Source: Methanococcus maripaludis (GTDB lineage: Archaea; AGJL01; Methanococci; Methanococcales; Methanococcaceae). Taken from it: a stretch of DNA of 32,000 nt. Position 1 is the stretch's first letter, and each line of letters opens with the position of its first letter. Shown piece by piece: positions 27,541-32,000 of this stretch. The notes under the pieces are model-generated. The model searched no databases. It saw only the letters and a program-made list of their open reading frames with translations, and was not told where the DNA came from. Location of the stretch: assembly GCF_002945325.1 (NCBI RefSeq), contig NZ_CP026606.1, positions 660,001 through 692,000 on the forward strand, given 5' to 3'. A program made the translations under genes and the position numbers.

Positions 27541-28692
27541 TTATTCCATGTCTCCTCTTTCTCTTATTTCGTCGAGTTTGCATTCGCATCCTTCGTCCAT
27601 TTCGAGGAATCTGTCTTTTAACTGAGCTAAAACTTTTGGAACTGACGTGTATTCCATCATTGATTCAGGTAATCTGTGTGGCATGAATGGACCCATTGAT
27701 CTCATCATTTCAGCCATGTCGAGTGCTTTTTCTCTTGCTTTATCGAATGATTTGTCTGCGAAGAGGTCGTTTGGTCCAACTAATCTTCCTTTTGATAACT
27801 GGAATCCTAAAGCCATAACTCTTGCAGGACCGTCAAATCTTGCAGGCATTGCATCTTCTTCGGCAACAGGCATGATAGGTCCAAAGTGGCATCCTCTCAT
27901 CCATCCTGCAACGAGGTGTGGGTTTGCAAATCCTTCTAAAACCTCCCCTACTGCAGGGAATCCACTTTGAGCTCTTACAATTGCTACTGGATCGTCTTTT
28001 CCAACGTATTCTCCAGCAATCATGTTTAATTTTTCTGATGAACATACTGCTGCAATTTCGTTGTCTTTTCTTCTGTAAACTCTTTTTACAGCGTATTTTT
28101 CAGTGTTTCCGATTAATGCGAGTAATGAGTACATTTCTTCTGGAGCATCTAAAAATACTCTTTTGTGTGCAAAAACATCTAAGATTTCGTATCTGAATCC
28201 TGATGTCATTGAAGGATCATATACTAATCCTGCAGTGCTGAATGGGTCTGCAAACATTTTATAGAATGGTAAATTGAATGCTGCAGGGTCTGTTTTGTCA
28301 CAGCAGAAAACTACAACTGGTTCACTTGGTCTTTCAACAAATTCCATTTCTGCGCAGCCTGGACCGAGTCCTTTAACGTTTCCGGAAAATGAGTTTGAAA
28401 GTAAGTCTTGTCCTGCACCGTATAATTTTAACTCTTTTGCAACTTCTGTTGCTGCTTCAAGAGCGTCCCATGCAAGTTTGTGTACTTCTTCGTTGTCTGT
28501 TCCCTTATCGTGGGTCATGATCATGTCGATATCGTCACCACAGTTTGTAACATAATAATCAATTAATGTTTCATCGAGCGCATTTTCGAGAACATACTCT
28601 GCAGCGTCTAATAATTCTTCTGGAGCTAATGTGTGTCCACAAAGCCCTCCAACATCTGCCTTAATAACACTTAAGGTTACTTTTTCTTCCAT
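27541..28692 (-). CDS. fbp: bifunctional fructose-1,6-bisphosphate aldolase/phosphatase (class V FBPase)
   Basis: The N-terminus is KVTLSVIKADVGGLCGHT. The length of about 380 aa and the sequence throughout match the archaeal FBPA/P family (MJ0299 type). AGGTGG precedes the ATG. Confidence 0.92.
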   Translation of the reverse strand: MEEKVTLSVIKADVGGLCGHTLAPEELLDAAEYVLENALDETLIDYYVTNCGDDIDMIMTHDKGTDNEEVHKLAWDALEAATEVAKELKLYGAGQDLLSNSFSGNVKGLGPGCAEMEFVERPSEPVVVFCCDKTDPAAFNLPFYKMFADPFSTAGLVYDPSMTSGFRYEILDVFAHKRVFLDAPEEMYSLLALIGNTEKYAVKRVYRRKDNEIAAVCSSEKLNMIAGEYVGKDDPVAIVRAQSGFPAVGEVLEGFANPHLVAGWMRGCHFGPIMPVAEEDAMPARFDGPARVMALGFQLSKGRLVGPNDLFADKSFDKAREKALDMAEMMRSMGPFMPHRLPESMMEYTSVPKVLAQLKDRFLEMDEGCECKLDEIRERGDME

Positions 28693-29059
28693 ACTTTTCC
28701 ACCTTCATCATGTTTCGGATAAATCAAATCTACCTTAGTTCTATATTGTCATTAGAAAATATTTATGTTTTGCCAAATTTCGAAAAACAGTATTTTCAAA
28801 AAAATCCAATATACCTATTGATTTAAGTTTTATATATTTATCTAAAATCCGAGATGTTAAATAAATAACATATTAATGATTACTTTATTTTAAAAATAAA
28901 ACAGTTTTAACTTCTTTTTTTATTATTAATCATTTTAATCTATTTTACGACACCACTAACACGATATCGAAATATTTATATTATATACTGGTTAAATTTT
29001 TAAAGTCACAACTTTTAAAGGAAAAATTAGTAATTTTAAAATCTATTAGAGGGAATTTT

Positions 29060-30898
29060 TTGAATAATAAACATTTTTTAATGGGAAATGAAGCGATTGC
29101 ATACGGAGCAATTGCTGCAGGATTACAGTTTGGTGCAGGTTATCCAGGAACCCCTTCAACGGAAGTCATGGAAACACTAATTAAAAATGCGAAAAAATAT
29201 AATTATTACGTTGAATGGTCTACAAATGAAAAAGTTGCACTCGAAACTGCAATTGGGGCCTCATTTTCAGGTGCAAGTTCCATTGTAACTATGAAACAGG
29301 TGGGATTAAATGTTGCATCCGACCCGTTGATGAGTTTAACGTATCTTGGAATAAAAGGGCCGTTAGTCCTCCTCGTAACCGATGATCCAGGACCCCATTC
29401 CTCCCAGACTGAACAGGATACGCGATCTTTTGGATTATTTTCAAATATTCCGGTACTTGACCCATCAAACTCACAGGAAGCCTACGAAATGACAAAATAT
29501 GCTTTTGAAATTTCAAAAAGTTATGAAACCCCGGTAATTCTTCGAACTACAACGAGAGTTTCACACAGGTGCGATGATGTAGTACTTGAAGAAATAAAAC
29601 CATCAAACGAAAATATAGAAGGATTCTCAAAAAGTTCCAGATGGGCAATATTTCCAAAATTAACTGCAAAAAGACATCCAATTTTAGAAAAATTACAAAA
29701 AACACTATCTAATGAATTTTCGGATTCAGAATTTAATTTTAAAACCGGAACTGGAAAAATTGGGATAATAACTTCTGGAGCGTCATACCACTACGTAAAC
29801 GAAACTATTTCAAATAATAAAGAATTATTTTCAGTTTTAAAAATTGGAACTCCACATCCATTTCCCGAAAATAAATTACTCGAATTTACAAACGAAGTTG
29901 ATTCAATAATCGTAGTTGAAGAACTCGATTCATATTTAGAAGACCAATTACTACAATTACTTGGAAAAATAGGAATTTCAAAGCCAGTTTATGGAAAGAA
30001 AAATAATATTTTTCCCTGCTGTGGAGAATACAGCGTAGATATTGTAAAAATTGGAATTAACAAAGTATTGGATAGTTTAAAACTTCAGAAACTCGAAATT
30101 TCCGAAAAATTAATCGATAAAACTGATATAATTTCACTTCCGGTAAGACCGCCAAATTTATGTGCTGGATGCATGCACAGAACGGTATTCTACGCATTTA
30201 AGGAAGTTTCAAAGGAATTAAAAAAACATAACATTCAAACAATATTTTCAGGAGATATCGGGTGCTACACATTAGGAAATGCTCCCCCATTAGAATTAAT
30301 CGATACTTGTCTCTGCATGGGTGCAGGAATTAGTATTGCCGGAGGAATTTCGAGAACTACTAAAAATTCAAAGAATGTGGCATTTATTGGGGATTCTACA
30401 TTTTTCCATTCGGGAATTCCTGCAGTAATTAATGCAGTCTACAATAATGCAGACGTTACAATCGCAGTATTGGATAACCGGACTACTGCAATGACTGGAC
30501 ACCAACCACATCCTGGAACTGGAAAAACTGCGCTTGGGAACCTTACAAAATTAATCGATATTGAGGGAATTTTGAAAAGTTGCGGAGTTGAATTTGTAAA
30601 AACGGTCTCTGCAGATGATTTTTCTGCATGTAAAGAAATTTCAAAAGAAGCTATTGATTATAATGGCCCTTCTGCAGTTGTTTTTAGAGGAAATTGTGTT
30701 TCAATCGTTAAATCCGATAAAAAATATGCCATTGATAAAAATAAATGTATAAGCTGTAAAATCTGCGTTGAAAGACTTGGATGCCCTGCAATAACTATGA
30801 CTGGTGAAATTCCAGAAATTATGGAAAACTGTACAGGTTGTGGACTTTGTAAAGCCGTCTGTCCTGCTGATGCAGTAATTGAGGTGACCAAACAATGA
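29060..30898 (+). CDS. iorA: indolepyruvate:ferredoxin oxidoreductase alpha subunit
   Basis: It has a TPP-enzyme N-terminus (GNEAIAYGAIAAGLQFGAGYPGTPS). The C-terminus carries 2x[4Fe-4S] ferredoxin motifs (CISCKICVERLGCPA, CTGCGLCKAVCPADA). The TTG start lies 5 nt after AGAGGGA; an alternative ATG at 29081 has no SD. Confidence 0.9.
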   Translation: MNNKHFLMGNEAIAYGAIAAGLQFGAGYPGTPSTEVMETLIKNAKKYNYYVEWSTNEKVALETAIGASFSGASSIVTMKQVGLNVASDPLMSLTYLGIKGPLVLLVTDDPGPHSSQTEQDTRSFGLFSNIPVLDPSNSQEAYEMTKYAFEISKSYETPVILRTTTRVSHRCDDVVLEEIKPSNENIEGFSKSSRWAIFPKLTAKRHPILEKLQKTLSNEFSDSEFNFKTGTGKIGIITSGASYHYVNETISNNKELFSVLKIGTPHPFPENKLLEFTNEVDSIIVVEELDSYLEDQLLQLLGKIGISKPVYGKKNNIFPCCGEYSVDIVKIGINKVLDSLKLQKLEISEKLIDKTDIISLPVRPPNLCAGCMHRTVFYAFKEVSKELKKHNIQTIFSGDIGCYTLGNAPPLELIDTCLCMGAGISIAGGISRTTKNSKNVAFIGDSTFFHSGIPAVINAVYNNADVTIAVLDNRTTAMTGHQPHPGTGKTALGNLTKLIDIEGILKSCGVEFVKTVSADDFSACKEISKEAIDYNGPSAVVFRGNCVSIVKSDKKYAIDKNKCISCKICVERLGCPAITMTGEIPEIMENCTGCGLCKAVCPADAVIEVTKQ

Positions 30899-31494
30899 AC
30901 TTCAGTGTAATAATTTGTGGAGTTGGCGGACAGGGTGTTGTTTTAGCATCTCGTCTCCTTGCAATAACTGCAATGAATTCAGGTTTTCACGTAAATACTG
31001 CAGAAACGCTTGGAATGTCGCAGAGAGAAGGATCAGTAGTAAGCCACCTGCAGTTTGGTGAAACCATAAAATCTTCATTAATCCCAGAAGGCGGTGCGGA
31101 CTTGATAATAGGCCTTGAATTATCTGAAGTTGCACGAAATTTACATTTTCTTAAAAAAAATGGTAAAATAATCACAAATTGCAAAATGATTCTTCCAAGT
31201 GCAAGATCTTCAAATGAAACATATGATTCAGAACAAATTATAAATTTTATTAATAAATACGTTAAATCAACAATTTGTATCGATTTCTCAAAAATTGCTA
31301 AACTCGCAGGAAATCCAAAATCAATGAATGTTTCAGTTCTCAGTGCTGCATTTTATACTGGATTTCTGCCTTTAGATTATAATGACTTTTTAAAAACTAT
31401 CGAATCAGAAATTCCTGAAAAATATAGGGATATCAATTTAAATGCTGCCAAATTATCCGCAGAAACAATTATGCTGGAGGGCAATAATGAATAA
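30895..31494 (+). CDS. iorB: indolepyruvate:ferredoxin oxidoreductase beta subunit
   Basis: It overlaps iorA through an ATGA start/stop junction. The N-terminus VIICGVGGQGVVLASRLL belongs to the oxidoreductase gamma-domain family. Confidence 0.88.
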   Translation: MNFSVIICGVGGQGVVLASRLLAITAMNSGFHVNTAETLGMSQREGSVVSHLQFGETIKSSLIPEGGADLIIGLELSEVARNLHFLKKNGKIITNCKMILPSARSSNETYDSEQIINFINKYVKSTICIDFSKIAKLAGNPKSMNVSVLSAAFYTGFLPLDYNDFLKTIESEIPEKYRDINLNAAKLSAETIMLEGNNE

Positions 31495-32000
31495 TAAACA
31501 ACTGGAAACGTATGCATTGGTTAAAAAATTACTCCGACACGTTTCAGAGGGTAGTGACTTTTACAAAAACAAATTTTCAAAAACGGGTATAAATATTGAT
31601 GAAATTAGTTCGCTTGAAGATTTTAAAAAAATTCCGTTCACTGAAAAAGAAGAATTAAGAAATGCATACCCTTTAGGCCTTCAGGCAGTTCCTGATGAAA
31701 AAATTGTCAGGATACACTCGTCATCCGGAACAACGGGAAGTCCTGTAATCATACCCTACACCCAAAAAGACGTGGATACGTGGTCAGAAATGATGATGAG
31801 ATGCTACCAAATGGCGGGCGTTACAAATAAAGATAGAATACAGATCACTCCAGGATACGGATTATGGACAGCAGGGATAGGATTTCAGTTAGGTGCCGAA
31901 CGTTTGGGTGCAATGGCAATACCAATGGGTCCAGGAAATACTGAAAAACAGCTTCAAATGATGGTGGATTTAAAATCTACCGTTTTAACATCTACTTCGT
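31487..32000 (+). CDS. paaK: phenylacetate-CoA ligase-like adenylate-forming enzyme (3' end outside window)
   Basis: This gene is not in the ORF track because there is no stop in the window. My own translation from ATG 31487 is MNNKQLETYALVKKLLRHVSEGSDFYKNKF...IHSSSGTTGSPVIIPYTQKDVDTWSEMM..., a PaaK-type AMP-binding signature. It overlaps the iorB end by 8 nt. Confidence 0.85.
   Translation, partial: MNNKQLETYALVKKLLRHVSEGSDFYKNKFSKTGINIDEISSLEDFKKIPFTEKEELRNAYPLGLQAVPDEKIVRIHSSSGTTGSPVIIPYTQKDVDTWSEMMMRCYQMAGVTNKDRIQITPGYGLWTAGIGFQLGAERLGAMAIPMGPGNTEKQLQMMVDLKSTVLTSTS

Noticed and set aside
28704-28712. ATGATGA (C-box-like) on the minus strand upstream of fbp, suggesting a C/D-box sRNA
   Set aside because: It lies immediately 5' of the fbp SD (AGGTGG) in the leader. 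I found no matching D box (CUGA) or C'/D' arrangement at sRNA-compatible spacing.
1-32000. Search for CRISPR arrays, transposases/IS ends, integrases next to the tRNA genes, prophage or defence-island signatures, and in-frame TGA/TAG recoding
   Set aside because: There are no spaced direct repeats, and the only direct repeat seen is the 2x11 bp at 19291. The tRNA genes are flanked by housekeeping genes with no integrase or att-like duplication. No adjacent same-strand ORF pairs look like one gene split by a stop codon. By eye the composition looks uniformly AT-rich apart from the tRNAs.

Overview
This is a strongly AT-rich, gene-dense archaeal chromosome segment. It reads as core genome of a hydrogenotrophic methanogen of the Methanococcales. 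From memory, not from a search, the gene order resembles Methanococcus maripaludis: pycA-pycB, metG/gap, aroK-cbiL-ilvD, fbp/iorAB-paaK. I support 32 protein-coding genes (two cut by the window edges) and 3 tRNA genes, plus a few promoter and terminator candidates. Several genes are archaeal hallmarks: Hjc resolvase, RFC large subunit ending in a PIP box, type II GAPDH, bifunctional FBP aldolase/phosphatase, GHMP-type shikimate kinase, split pyruvate carboxylase, AMP phosphorylase and Trm5. Nearly every start codon sits 4-9 nt downstream of a GGTGA/AGGTG/GGAGG Shine-Dalgarno element. That let me trim several over-long ORF-track calls (metG, aroK, HIT, dph6-like, Mmp6-like) and support three TTG starts. 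I see no CRISPR array, transposase, integrase, prophage remnant, recognisable defence gene or obvious compositional island. I did not find a convincing new multi-gene system. The items most worth a second look are: a tRNA-Arg(UCU) carrying the alanine-identity G3:U70 pair; a tight DUF63 membrane protein / small acidic protein / cbiC operon; a CobT-like / Mmp6-like / hjc operon; an orphan FlaF/FlaG-like gene; an HgdB-type dehydratase subunit next to two lipobox-bearing secreted proteins; and convergent genes with 0-1 nt between their stop codons. All family assignments rest on motif recognition by eye and should be confirmed by HMM or structure searches.
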